Shown here piece after piece: positions 12,150-25,159 of a DNA stretch of 64,000 nt. The first letter of the stretch is position 1, and the number at the start of each line of letters is the position of its first letter. Origin of the DNA: Octopus vulgaris. Lineage: Eukaryota. The notes beneath the pieces are model-generated. The model did no database searches. It saw nothing but the letters and a program-made list of their open reading frames with translations, and was not told the origin of the DNA. The translations under genes and the position numbers were made by a program. The stretch spans positions 496,001 through 560,000 of the forward strand of contig OX597830.1 in assembly GCA_951406725.2 (NCBI GenBank), written 5' to 3'.

Positions 12150-12950
12150 TATCATATGAAAATAATTGTATGTCATTACTTATATCAAAGAGAAAATTAG
12201 GATAAATGATTTCGTACAAGTGGTGGAGCAAAATAGTAAAATGAGTCGATGTATTAATGTAGTTTGGTCGAAAAGGATTTAAAAGAAAAAGGACATCAAA
12301 GAAGAAAAATATTCGGTCTTGAAATCTATTGTTTCGTCGTGCTACCAACTTCATTTGCTGTCTCCAAACACATAGAGGAGACAAAATATAGACCGTGCTA
12401 AAAACAACACCTAAAACATTGGGGAAAGATATAGAAGCTGCATATAGAACAGTGATCATAGGATGGCTCCATTACGGTTAAAGCCAGGATAAAGACGGAT
12501 AACGATAACAAGGAAAACAACTTTGATGAAGGAAAGAACTGATACATTAATCGATACGACAAAAGAAGCCTCTCTGTCGTTATTGATTGCTAGAATTATC
12601 ACAGAAATGTATCTTGCACTTCAAAATATGGTATTACATTGTACAATATAGTCCTAGAAATAATCACTCCTAGTCACGGTTTAAACAGTAGTCAAAGCTT
12701 TATGACAGACCCAACTCTCTTTAAAGTATTAGCAAATGTATATTAGATAAGTTCATTATACATACATTATGCCAGTGGGGTCACCTTTAGAACTTTTGAC
12801 CTACTATTTAGGTCCAATTTTCAGTTAGACAACAGTAAAAGCAACGGCTATCAAAACCAAGTCCCGAGACAAGATGATGTCCAGTTTGAGGGGTGTTTGA
12901 ACGAATCAGGTCTGAATGAAGGTAGGATAACACTGAAATACAACGAAGAA
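12150..12950 (+). pseudogene. Possible highly decayed PLE RT relic
   Basis: Weak motifs LKSIVSS/PTSFAVSKHI and MPVGSPL in the expected order; many stops. Confidence 0.25.
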
Positions 12951-13289
12951 GTAAAATAAGAATCCTTAAATAAAATTTGGGAGGTCAAAACCCGACAGGA
13001 GGCGAAAATGAAGGAAAGATGAAAAAAAAACTAGATGACTAAAATTATTGGAGATGAAATAAATGAATGAAAATGAAGAGATGCGATGTATGAATGAGAG
13101 TTTAAAAAAAGATAAGTGAATGAATGATGAACTGGAAGAATAAAACATTGAAGAATAAAATATCAAATGAAAAATATCTCAAAGAACGAATATAATTCTG
13201 ATTCAAAGAACCAGATTCGTTGCCAAAACCAATTAGAATCATTCCAACTTCCGGAAAAGAAAGTTGTTCCAAACAACAACAGCAACAAC

Positions 13290-13338
<49 letters not shown>

Positions 13339-13524
13339 CAGAAGGTGGTAGAAGTGTGGAGACCATAATAATACGGAAAATTTGGATTAAATGTTGTTTT
13401 CTTAAGTGTATACACAATCACATTTAAACATGTATAGATACTAACATACACACATACACACCACCACATGTATGTACATTTCTTTTATTATCATACACAC
13501 AATCTTATGCGTGTATGCGCGCGC

Positions 13525-13549
<25 letters not shown>

Positions 13550-13562
<13 letters not shown>

Positions 13563-14200
13563 CAATATAAGGAATGGCCATAATAGGCCATTCGACTCAC
13601 TAGAAAGAGCAGCCAAACTCAAGCCGCTAAATAGTTGTAATTCTGAAATTGAAAGAGAAATAAAAACAGTTACCCTTTTCATCTCTGGACTAGCGGAGAA
13701 TTTTTTCTAGAATTTTTTTGCTACTTTTATAGTTATTAATTAATGATTTTTTGGCTAATTTTGAAATTAAATCAGCAGTTTATATGTGTTGCTGAGAAGA
13801 CCGCGCAGTGGCGGTGGATTTTGAAAATTTAGAGCATATAGACTGGATGCTTCTTTGCCGTCGCCTCGTGGACATATACTCGTCCTCGGCTTCTCTGCTG
13901 ACGAGACACGCCAGTTGTAAATAAATTTAATTTAATTTAATTAATTTGTTTACAAAAGTTTGTCGAAACTATGCATAGTCCAGAGATGAAAAGGGTAAAT
14001 GTTTTTATTTCTCTTTCAATTTCAGAATTACAACTATTTAGCAGTTTGAGTTTGGCTGCTCTTTCTAGTGAGTCGAATGGCCTATTATGGCCATTCTCTA
14101 TATTGTTGAATGTATATTATATAGTCTTTGACTATCTTTCCTCTTTCACTAGACCGCTGGTAGCGGAGAATTTTTTTGCTACCCTTATATTTATTAATAT
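13550..14200 (+). mobile_element. Non-coding PLE-pLTR/retrozyme-like unit (~470 bp, terminally redundant) with inverted partial copy
   Basis: 13550-13692 is the reverse complement of 13976-14118. tagcggagaatttttt...gctac occurs at both 13691 and 14161. (TA)n on both sides. Confidence 0.8.
13892..13986 (+). ncRNA. Type I hammerhead ribozyme, intact core, long stem II
   Basis: TCTCTG-CTGACGA-GACA..(52 nt, AT-rich hairpin)..TGTC-GAA-ACTATGCATAGT-C-CAGAGA; GUC cleavage after 13980. Confidence 0.9.
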
Positions 14201-14224
14201 ATATATAAATATATATATATAATA

Positions 14225-15640
14225 ATGGCTGTGAGGTTTGTGAGTGTGTATTTAAGGTGCGGAGCCGGTATTTAGCTGATGGTGTAGATAGTGTGGGTGT
14301 GAGTGAAGATGGTTGTGTGCCTGTGTTGCAGGGGGGTGTTGGGTGGAGTCTTTTTTTTTTCTTTTGGGCATTGCACTCCATTCGTCAGTTGTCAGTAGGG
14401 TCCAAGTCAGTGGGAGGTAAATCCTTTGGGTTTTGGGTGTCTTCTATTGAAGTGGTTTTGGTTGGTATACTGGCTGGCTGTGTAGAATGCGAAGCTTCCT
14501 CAATGGGTGGTACAATAATTTCTAATATTAGATTGGGACTGTGGCAATGTCCGCTGCCGTAGACATCGATATATCTTCTGTGGGTTGTATGGACTTTGCT
14601 CTTTCCGTGGGTGGTAGGAAAGTTTGTGGTGCGTTGGGTTGGCTGTGATGGAATCTGTTGGTGTGTTTTCTATGTCTGGGGGTGGCTTATGTCTCTTGCA
14701 CCCATTAGGCAGGAGGCTTTGAGGTGAGCTTTTTGCTCACTTCGGTAGCACTTGGGTCATCGCCTTTCCACCATCACGTGCAGTATTGTGCCATCTGTTA
14801 TGTTTATCAAGTCTGGTATATGTTTTAGGTCCTCCGGTTTACTTCAATTAGCAACTCTGTCCCCTGGCCCCAATCAGTTCTATTGGTGCTGTTTGGTATT
14901 TTGTAATATGTTTATTTTGTCCTCAATGTGAAGCAGAACAGCTACCAGCACCCATAAGCCGTCAATCACTGGAGTGCACGTCCCCAATTTCAACTTTTGA
15001 GTCACTTCGACAACCCAGGTAGGTCGGCAGGAGCACCATCTAGTTCGCTTTTAGGGACACTGTGAAGTGTTCTTTGAATTCGTCTTCCGAAGCGAACCGC
15101 ACCTTCACAGTGCCATATTTTCCCCTCTGGCCACGTATCTGATCCTTGACCAAAGTGGTTGCCAGCAATTTTCAATAGTTTCTGTTGCTACTTGGTCAAT
15201 CTTGTTTTGTTTGGGTGGCAGAGTTTTGTAAATCATCGTTTGTCGTGCTGTGGCGCTGTTGTTTTCAACGTCAAAATTGAGTGATTCTGGTTGCACTCGC
15301 GCTGCTGATGCGAAACCGCGACTGCTTCGTTTAAATTCATCTTTCTTGAGTTCCTTAATTTTGTTGTTCGGAGTGTCCTTGAAAGTATTCCTTGTATTTC
15401 TTTTGGGGGAGTAGATCATTCCCCGCCTCCCACTCGCAGCAGGGAGAGAAGGAAACAGTTCGTTGTACACTTCATCTTGGTGGGCGTAACCCTCAACGAG
15501 GCTGGAAGCCATGATTGAAAAATTAATTGCGTAGCAAAAATACCAATAAACGGAAGTAAAATTCGCTCCTAAAAGGGGCCATTTTAGATGCGACACCACC
15601 CCTCCCTGATAAGCAGTTTCAGTTACGAGGTTGCACAAAA
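14225..15640 (-). mobile_element. Gag-like ORF1 of an L1/Tx1-type element, decayed
   Basis: ORF 15105-15638 continues through frameshifts to GTVKVRFASEDE and to PKCYRSEQKAHLKASC (degenerate CCHC knuckle at ~14745-14705). Confidence 0.6.
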
Positions 15641-15734
15641 TTCATCAATAATAAATATAAACAGACTTTAGTAACAGGAATTTACAAAACTTAGTAGCGT
15701 AAAAAGCACATCTGTTTGGCAAGAAATCTGATTC

Positions 15735-17468
15735 TTTATTGGCCACTAAGGGCTACATATTGAGGGACAATGCAGGGCAGACAAGGTGAGGTCGTACGCA
15801 GGTACGGCAACAAAGAGAAAAGTCGAATTAATTAACAAAGGTGACAGTTTAAAAATTGAAAATGTTACAACAAAATGAGAATAACACAATGAGAAAAACA
15901 GGATGTAGTGGTAGGGATTCGTGCTCAACTTAGACACATCCATACGTAACAGGCGTGCCATTTGCATCCATCTAGTCACAAATATGCGCGACGGCACTTA
16001 CTTTCTCTCTCTCTCTTTCTCTAGCCTTAGTTTCCTTTTCGGGTTGTCGATGTAATAATTGCTTAAACCGATGCCAAAGAGAAAGTTTCCCGTTCTCAAT
16101 CCTTTCACTCGCGTCAACCACACAGCCTCTTTCGCTATAGCCACCAAGCAGAGAAAACGTGCCAGCCTTTCCCGGTTAAAGGATGGGCGGTGGAACAATC
16201 CCAATGATAGACCCAGTGACAACTGGGCTCCTCCCAGACGTGACAACAGGTGTTCTATATAAACCCATAGGTCCGAAATGAATGTATACCGTACGACAGC
16301 GTTCGGAACGGTTTCATCACTTTACTCGCATCTCGAGCATGTCCGTGTGACTTTTGTACCTGAAGAGCTTGTCTCGAATAGGCAATGCCCTTCGATAGAA
16401 ATGACAGGCCAGGAATTTCTGGTAGTTGTCCATGGGCCTCGGCCCGAAAATCCTTCGGAACAGACTGGCAAGTCGACCGTCATCAAAGCCCAGGGTTTCC
16501 CTGGGAAGTCATCGCACTTGCCGACCACTAACCCTCTATAGAAAGACGAGGTGGAACCTCCACCGCACACATTGCCCGCTCGACAGAGAAACGTTAGAGC
16601 CTGACAGCACTCTAGGCCTGCGCTTGATCAATGAGTTCAGCTCGCTAAAAGAAGCGAACTGTGAGTTCGCTTTGAGTTGAGTTTGATGAAAGGTGACCAC
16701 ACCTGTTCACCGTCTAGGCAGATCTGGATATGCCTCAGCCTACGCGCATGTCTGTGCATTTTTAGATAAGGCATGCCCAGCCCTGATTTTAGCGGCAGTT
16801 GAAAGTAGATAGAGCCTCTGACCAGTGGACCCGTCCTTTCCACAGAAAGCCGAAGAGTAAGCGCTCCAACTTGGCCAGACACGAATTCAGATAATGCACG
16901 GCAATAAGGCAACTCTACCGGCCCTTTCAGGGATAGCTTCCTCTCAGTCCCTCTGTATCTGTAGGTCTGCTCCGAACCAGATCGCGAGGAATTTCACCGG
17001 GCCGTCCGTCCATCGTCCCACGATGTTAAGTAGTAACGACCTGTCTCTCCAGGTGCCGAGTTGCAGGCCGACCGACTTTTCACAGTTAATTTTTGCTCCC
17101 TTCACCACCTCGAAATCATTTATGGCCCCACCTATAATTGTGGGTGCTTGTCACAAGATGCAATGAATTGTGATGTCGTCCGCATATGCTGACACTGTCC
17201 TCTCGCACCCCAGGTCACGCGGGATGCCTCTCGAAGACTCTATTTTCTGCAGTAATGGCTTAAGGACCAGAACGCACAGGAGAGAGGAGAGAAGGCATCT
17301 TTGGCAGACCGAGCACGCAATGTAGAACGGCTCTGATAGATAACCATCCACCCAAACTTTCGATTGAATGTTGCTGTATAAAGCGGTGATCCAGCCGCAG
17401 AAAGTTGGGCCAAATCCGGTCGCTTCGAGAACTGTTGCCAGAGACCGTGCAACAACTGCGTTCTCGTC

Positions 17469-17516
<48 letters not shown>

Positions 17517-17830
17517 CAAGGGATAGACGGGAAAGCCTCTTTGTAACAACCAGATAAGGGGTCGCAATCTTCCTTCAGCTTTGCTTCCATGTTATGGAAA
17601 GTAATTTGCGCGTCGAAAAAAAATGTTTTGTTTTCATCAGACTTATGGAGAGACAATTCTCCCCCAAATGGGCGAACATTCTCGGTTTGGTGAAACTTCA
17701 ACCGCCAGACGGGCTCACTTTCAAAAGGAGTAAGAGTACAAGAATTTTTACAAGTTTCAACGAAGTAATACAAAGCACAAAATAACATGTCCGTTCGCAA
17801 GAAATTGGCGAAGCCTCATACGTCGTCTAA
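15735..17830 (-). mobile_element. L1/Tx1-clade LINE, ORF2 RT and C-terminal fragment, decayed
   Basis: GFGPTFCGWITALYS, SVCQRCLLSSLLC (QGCPLSPLL-like), VSAYADDITI, GLGMP, CSRCE, AKEAVW; AATAAA near 15737. Confidence 0.8.
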
Positions 17831-17845
17831 CGACGTGAGAGTCTA

Positions 17846-17913
<68 letters not shown>

Positions 17914-20091
17914 CATGACCTAAGAGATGCATGCAGGTTGTCAGGCTGAATATTAATCAAAGCTCGCTGTAATGATTAACTGCTACCTTCATTTATGATG
18001 GAGACGCAAACTCGTATGTTATCTGACATCAAAATCGATTACTTCAGATCAGGGATCCCAAATAGCTCAAACTCCACTCCAATGACATCATTTATGCCGA
18101 AATACATAAATAATACACAATAGATAAGTATATATATATATATTGTGTGTGTGTGTGTGTGTGAGTGTGTGTGTTTGTGTGTGTGTGAAGGCACGTAGGT
18201 TGGCGGTTAGAGTGTTGTACTTCCGATCGCACAATAATGGTTTCGAATCCAGACGGGCAGTTGGTCCTGTTCTGCAGCCACACACACACTTCTGTAGCAA
18301 ATTGTCACTCATATTCAGTGACCTCACATATTCCGTCTACCACGGAAAATATATTTCACAATTTAAATATGAAAATATAACCTCGGAATATAGACTGTCG
18401 GTGTTTTATGAAAAGCACTCCCGCCATGACTATCTTGTTTAGAGTTGGTATCTTTAGGATCACATATCAAAGGGGCCAATTTGAGAAAGTTTTGGTTGCT
18501 CTGTCTTGCAAGATTTAGTGACCACATAAAGCTTCAGTCCCTGGCCCAGTTCTTGATGATGATTAAACTATTAAAATTGATTTAATGTCATAAATTTTAA
18601 ATCATATTTTAGCAATGCATATTTTGTCGCCGAGCAAATCCAAATTTTCAGTAGAAGATATATTATGAAGTTTGTGGAAACTGACATAATTACTGGTCAT
18701 CATTTTTTCAAATTTGGTGAAAAAAAAAAAAAAAAAAAAAGAAAAGTAGCAGAAAATGAAACGGAAAATTAATTCAGTGAGATTTGAACTTCATTTGTTT
18801 TAAACATTTGTTTTTCTACTCAGATGTCTCCAACACATCACCGTCCTTGGTTTGTAACGACTATTGAATACTCACGTTGAATACGTTTGATTATTTGAGT
18901 AGGAGCGAAGAAATTATAATATAAATTGCTTTGATCAGTAAATGTTAAATTGTAATTCAATTGCTATACGGCAACTTGTCACCACATTGAGGTAGTCTAA
19001 GGGAGGGCAAAATGTATGGAAACGGTGAAGGCATTTTCATCAAATCAATAACATGATTCATTTCTCAATACCTGTATCGAAATCATAAATGTTGCTTCAC
19101 ACATTTACAGAAAGGCATTAGACTGTGCAGTGTTCGTGTAAATATTTTATCAGAGCTAGAGGATGAAAGAATTCCATGTTGCCATTGCTTTAGCAGAAAT
19201 AAGCAAAGAGAAAGACAACTGCAATTTTGGAGTGGCAGGAATGGATCACAGTGGAGGTCATGGGATTGTAATTCATGTTTAATTTTTATCTATCTTCTTA
19301 TCACCATCAAGAGACCTAATGTAGCTAGCGGAGTGCGTTTATTAAGAATTAAGAGCATTAGAAATTGCCAGTTCAGAAGTGGCTGCTGGTCAAACATAAA
19401 TATTATTCGATGTTCTCTCGAATCATAATTTTATATGGCTATATGTACCCTTTACCACATAAATAAACAAACCTTAGAGAGTGGTAAATGCCCATAAAAA
19501 AGTAGGGAAGGGGTGATATAAACTCTTTTCATTATTTTCAGTTAAAGGGACCTACACTATGAAACGTAGCACGCTACATTGAGATCTAGATACACGTTAA
19601 GGGCACCGAGGGAAAAGTTTATGAAGGTGTAGCAAAATCTGTGTATTTATTAAAATTTTTAAAAGAAGGAATATCAGAACCAGGTAAGATATGTGTGTGT
19701 GTGTGTGTATACATGTTGAAGTGTTATTGTAATCTAGAAAAATATAATGTGTCAATATACAAAAAAAGTAGAAATTGCTTCAGAGAACGTTGAAACTTCG
19801 CACATCCTAATTCTGTGGTTTCCGATGGGGATCTTGGAACTATTATGTGAAGATCGATGAGTTTGAAATACAACGACCATAGAGAAGAAAAATGAATATC
19901 ATTACAAAAACAAAAAGAAAAAACGATTAGTTGCATGATTAATTATCATAAAATAATAAAAGGATACCATTAGCCGGCCTTATAATATTCATTGGAAATA
20001 CAAACTTAGAAGGGAAGTAAAAATATATTTGTGGTAGTGGATATCTTTCACCACCCCATCACCACACAAACATATTATATTAAAATATGCT

Positions 20092-20146
<55 letters not shown>

Positions 20147-20999
20147 GCATACATATTTGTATGTATCGTATGATATTCTTTTGCAAGGAATCTTCCATCA
20201 GCCTTATTTTCACTTCACTAAGAGTCATTTTTTCAATTTTCACTTTTCCAAACAACCACCAATGATAGTTTCATCTGCTAACGTTATTCGTTTATTATTT
20301 TACTCCCGCCAACTAATGCATTTGAATGGTATACAAGTTTTTCTCCATATCTTTTATACATGAAACTTACGTAATTTTCTCGATATTTCGCCAAATCTAT
20401 ACAATTGCAGCTATCATCCCAAAGAGATTCCTGACAAAATGAATCTTGCAATAAGAAAAAAAAATTACACCTTACCATTTATTGCAAGTCTTCCGCAAAG
20501 AATTTATTCCAAGACATCTGCATACTCTTGCAAAGTTTATGCTCCTATGAGGTCCCTTTCGCTAGAGCATCACAAGATTACAGTGATGCAATGAAGCTAA
20601 AAGTTTCCCATGATATAATCCAATAGACAAATTACACCATCAATAAATATAAATCTTAGAAAAGATTTTGCTTCAGTTGAAGAAGATGAATCTATAGATA
20701 TTGCATTAGCAATATATATATTCAGGTTGGTGTAGGCACTTTGCCAACACTAGACTCTTGTTTTACTTGAATAAACGGGACAATGTAAAATGTCTAACGT
20801 TTGGAGACAAGAAATCGAGTCCATGTATTTATGATAGTGACATCAACATCGTAACGAAGAAATCAGGCGCCTTTAGTTGCATTACCGACTCTCTTTGATA
20901 TCTTATTCTTTAATAAGTTAATTCCTGGGAATGTTCGAATTAGGAACCTTTATTTCGAAATGAAGAGAGTGGATCACGTTATTAAACTTGCTAAATTTT

Positions 21000-21930
21000 C
21001 ATTCATAATTCTATATCAAAAATTAAAAATTTTCAAAGTTCTAACTGACAAGTAATTCTTATCACCACTTCAACATAGCTGGTCCGTTGGAACCGAGATT
21101 AATACCAATTTTAACCACAGAAGGAGACCTTCTCCAGCTGGTTGTCGATGCAATCTGCACCCATACGTATTGGAAATAGGAGAGCGAATCTGTACTATCT
21201 TCTAGCGACAACGATGAAGCTTCCAAATCGTCCGGTTTCAAAGCTATTTCTACTCCTCCTCAATGGTAGATAACCGTCCGCTCGAGGCAGCAGTAGTTCG
21301 CTCCAGTTCGCAATATATAGACAAATAAGTGACAACTCATCACTGATCTTGGAATAAGTAAAGTAGCTAGTTTCAAAATTTCTATAAGAGATGAAAGTTG
21401 TAACTCTATCGAGAGGTAATCTTTATCGCCACTTCAACATGGCTGTTCCAAAGGAACAGAAGTTATTACCATTTTAAACCCCATGATGAGTTCTCCAGCT
21501 GGTTATCGACGCAGTCTACAGCTGATATATGTTTCAAGCAGTGGAGCGAAGCCCTACCATCTTCTACCGATGATGACGGGACCACCAGACCATCTGGTTT
21601 CGTGCTATCTCTAACGGAGGATGTCGACTACTGAAGATAGCTCGAAACCCGACAGTCTGGTGGTCCTGTTGTCGTTGCTAGAACATGTTATGGGTTCGTT
21701 CCGCTGCTTGCAGCATATATCAGCTGTAGATTGCGTCGATAACCAGCTGGAGAACTCATCCTGGGGTTTAAAATGGTAATAACTTCTGTTCCTTTGGAAC
21801 AGCAATATGTAGGCCGTAGATTGCATCGATAACCGGTTGGAGGAGGCCTCTTCCTGGGGCTAAAACTGGTAGTAATGTCTTTTCCTACGGAAGAACCATG
21901 TTGAAGTGGCGATAAGCATTACTTCTCAGA
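21000..21930. repeat. Decayed ~365-bp tandem unit (two direct copies, two inverted partial copies) with HHR relics
   Basis: cttatcaccacttcaacatagctg (21058) recurs as tttatcgccacttcaacatggctg (21422); inverted copies at ~21632-21810 and ~21815-21927. Confidence 0.8.
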
Positions 21931-23844
21931 ATAGTTACTACTCTCAGAGATTTTCTTACAAGCAACTTTACTTGTTCAAAGTTCGAACTCTTTTATTAAA
22001 TTTTAATTTAGCAAAAATAATGAAATTATTCAGTATTATTTACTAATTGATATTATTTTAAACTCTTATTTAGTTATAGCTTATTTTGCTAAGTGTGATG
22101 CATTGCTAACTAGTGAAGTTTAGTGAAATTTTGTATTGCTAACTTTGAGAGTATTAACAATATTTTGCTAATACTGATCGTTCAACAAACTCTATTTTCC
22201 GTTGTACATTTACAATGGCTTTAAGCTCTCTGAAGAGAAGCTGTTCTTTGTTTAATAATTCCAGCTTAGCGAAACTCATCCTCCATGAATGCCCGTGTGA
22301 CTGGAACTGTCAATAAATGTTTATAAGTCGTAGAGTTTTCTTCTGTTCTTTTTTTTTGTTGTTTTTTTTTTATAGTAGAATGGAAGCATTCCGATACTTA
22401 ACAAAAAAAACGGCAAGTCTTCAAATTTGTTTTCTCTACTCGAAGAATAAAGTTCTGAGAATAACGAAATTTCTTTTATGTGCAACAGAAATATCTTGAG
22501 ACTTTCTCCGCAACAATAGATTATTTAACAGTACATCTCATACAGATAACAGAAAGTTAGTGTCACAGTCGTGTGCTGTTGTTGAAATTTGTTTGTCAGT
22601 GATTGTATTACCTGATCCATTACAACAATAGAATAGATTACTCCAAGTGATTCCTCCAGCCATTTCTCTACATTATTTTAATGCCTATTTTCCGAGAGAG
22701 TTGTCTACTGGTTCAATACCTATTTTATTTACAGCTACTCTACCGTTACATTAACAGTAATACAAAATATTTCTCTATCGTTAGAAGCTATTTCATTTTA
22801 CTAATATTGTTGATGGTATTTCTAAACGTTTTGGCGCAAACGAAAGTGTCATACCCGTATGATTGCTAATAAATATGGCGTCACATCACAGTAATGTTCT
22901 ACTGAAACGGTTTTTATGCGCCCTATTTAATAAAACATTAAAATGTCTAGAATGTTACCCTTATCAATTGGTGCCACGTAAAACCACTTCTTAATGCCTT
23001 AATTTCCTTCCTTACTTCCACTTCTTCATGTTAATAAAACAGCGTACAATATGCTGTATTAACCTCGTTCCTTAGAGCAAACTTTAGTATGTGCCAATTC
23101 TCATTCTTTAGATCAAGAATTTTTTAACATAATCCTCATTACATTAACCTCAACTAGTTGTTCCCATTTGCCAGACTGTCATCGATTCCAGCTCAGTTGG
23201 TATGATTACAGTTTATTTTCATAGCAATCGTTAATGTAGCACAGACTCCAGCACCTTCATACAACTAAAACCACTTCAACGTGACCTTATATTTCATCCA
23301 GCAGTAACTCTAAAATAACAACACGTCAACACACCAACAAATACGAATGTGTCATACACATACAAATAAACGATAAGTATACAAACAAGAGGGAAGATAG
23401 TCAACACCTGCCATGATGATTAAATATTTATATTAATAATTTCTATTTTATGCCTGCATTCCTAATCAGTCACAGATGTAAATGCACGTGTATCTTCCAG
23501 ATGTTGTTTGTGCAGTTCATTGACAGAGACACGAAAAGGGAGGTTTTTCCCAGCAGAACATTGCTGTGATGTGATGGCAAATTTATTAGCAATCATACGG
23601 AAATGGCACTTTCGTTAGTACAAATATATTTGTAAATACACACACACTCTCTCTCTCTCACACACTCATGCGCGCGCACACATACATACGCACACGCACA
23701 CGCACACGCACACACACAAACACACATACACACACACGTATATATAAAATGTATTCAGAGTCACAAAATGGAATTCAGGAGATAATTTTAAAATTAAATT
23801 CCACTACAATTATTTCCACTCCTTCTGCACCTGTGGATCATATG

Positions 23845-24900
23845 TGAGATGCCGTACAGCCAATTCTCTTGCATCACATGTGTAGACAGCGTCTCATCCG
23901 GTGACTTTTTAAACAGGTACCTCACTCTTTCTGCTCACTATTTCACTTAGCTTTATAACAATGTATACATTGGTAACAACTGCATTCTGGCAGTTCTCAT
24001 AAGAAACGAGGGGGCGGGGAGAAAATACACTTCCAGCTAAAAATCTAATAAAATACAACGGTAACAAAATATAGATAAATCAAAACATAAGAACATAGAG
24101 TATGCATAAGATCAATATAAAATCGAACATAAACATATTGAAACATACATGCAATCACAACAAAGATATAAAAAATATGATAATCTTTTCGTATATGTAA
24201 TTATTTGTCTATCGTGGAGGCGCAATGGCCCAGTTGTTAGGGCAGCGGACTCGCGGTCATAGGATCGCGGTTTCGATTCCCAGACCGGGCGTTGTGAGTG
24301 TTTATTGAGCGAAAACAGCTAAAGCTCCACGAGGCTCCAGCAGGGGATGGTGGTGATCCCTGCTGTACTCTTTCACCACAACTTTCTCTCACTCTTACTT
24401 CCTGTTTCTGTTGTACCTGTATTTCAAAGGGCCGGCCTTGTCACTCTCTGTGTCACGCTGAATATCCCCGAGAATTACGTTAAGGGTACACGTGTCTGTG
24501 GAGTGCTCAGCCACTTACACGTTAATTTCACGAGCTGGCTGTTCCGTTGATCGGATCAACCGGAACCCTCGTCGTCGTAACCGACGGAGTGCTTCCACCA
24601 TCTCTTTGTTCTGATTGCATGTATATCTTTATTTACTATTTGATTTTATTTCAATCTCATATGTTTTATGGTTTTCTGCTTTATTCATCTATGTTTTCTA
24701 AGTGTATTATATTATGACTTTTTAACTGAAAGTGTATCTTGTCTCTAATGTTTTTAATGGGAATTGCTAGAATGCAGCAGCTACCTATGTATACTTTTTT
24801 AAACTGAAATGTCAAGGACAAATAGCAAAGTACTTCTTTAAAACGTCACCTGAGGTGGCACAATCTGCATCCGTGATACAAGTCTGTACTGCATCTATTG
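23845..24900. mobile_element. Old foldback/MITE-like element with long imperfect inverted arms
   Basis: aatgtatacattggtaacaactgcattctggcagttctcat (~23960) matches the reverse complement of atgggaattgctagaatgcagcagctacctatgtatactt (~24760); similarity extends on both sides. A SINE sits in the centre. Confidence 0.6.
24213..24600 (+). mobile_element. tRNA-derived SINE family 2, apparently full length
   Basis: tggaggcgcaatggcccagttgttagggcagcggactcgcgg...ggtttcgattccc (A and B boxes); related copy at 27038-27365. Confidence 0.85.
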
Positions 24901-25159
24901 GTGCAAAATGAGTCGAAACAATTCTAGTAAATTCGAATAAAGGATCTCGTGAATTCCATCTTCTGTTTCTGATATAATTTTTAAAATAGTCTACGGGCAA
25001 CAAGGAATTCTTTAAGTAAATCTAGAAGATAGATGCGTCTCTACTGTTAATGACAAAAACTGTGCTTGGGTTTAGCCAGTATCCTACAAGCTTTCTTCAA
25101 CTTGAACATAATTTAACTACGTATTTAACTACTATGTGTGTATGAATATGTGTATGTAT

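Noticed and set aside
18800-20720. Possible decayed coding sequence or exons
   Set aside because: Composition looks coding-like, but I recognised no motif and all frames have frequent stops; needs a translated search.
24213-24290. tRNA gene
   Set aside because: A/B boxes are present but continue into a repeated SINE body; no complete cloverleaf or terminator.
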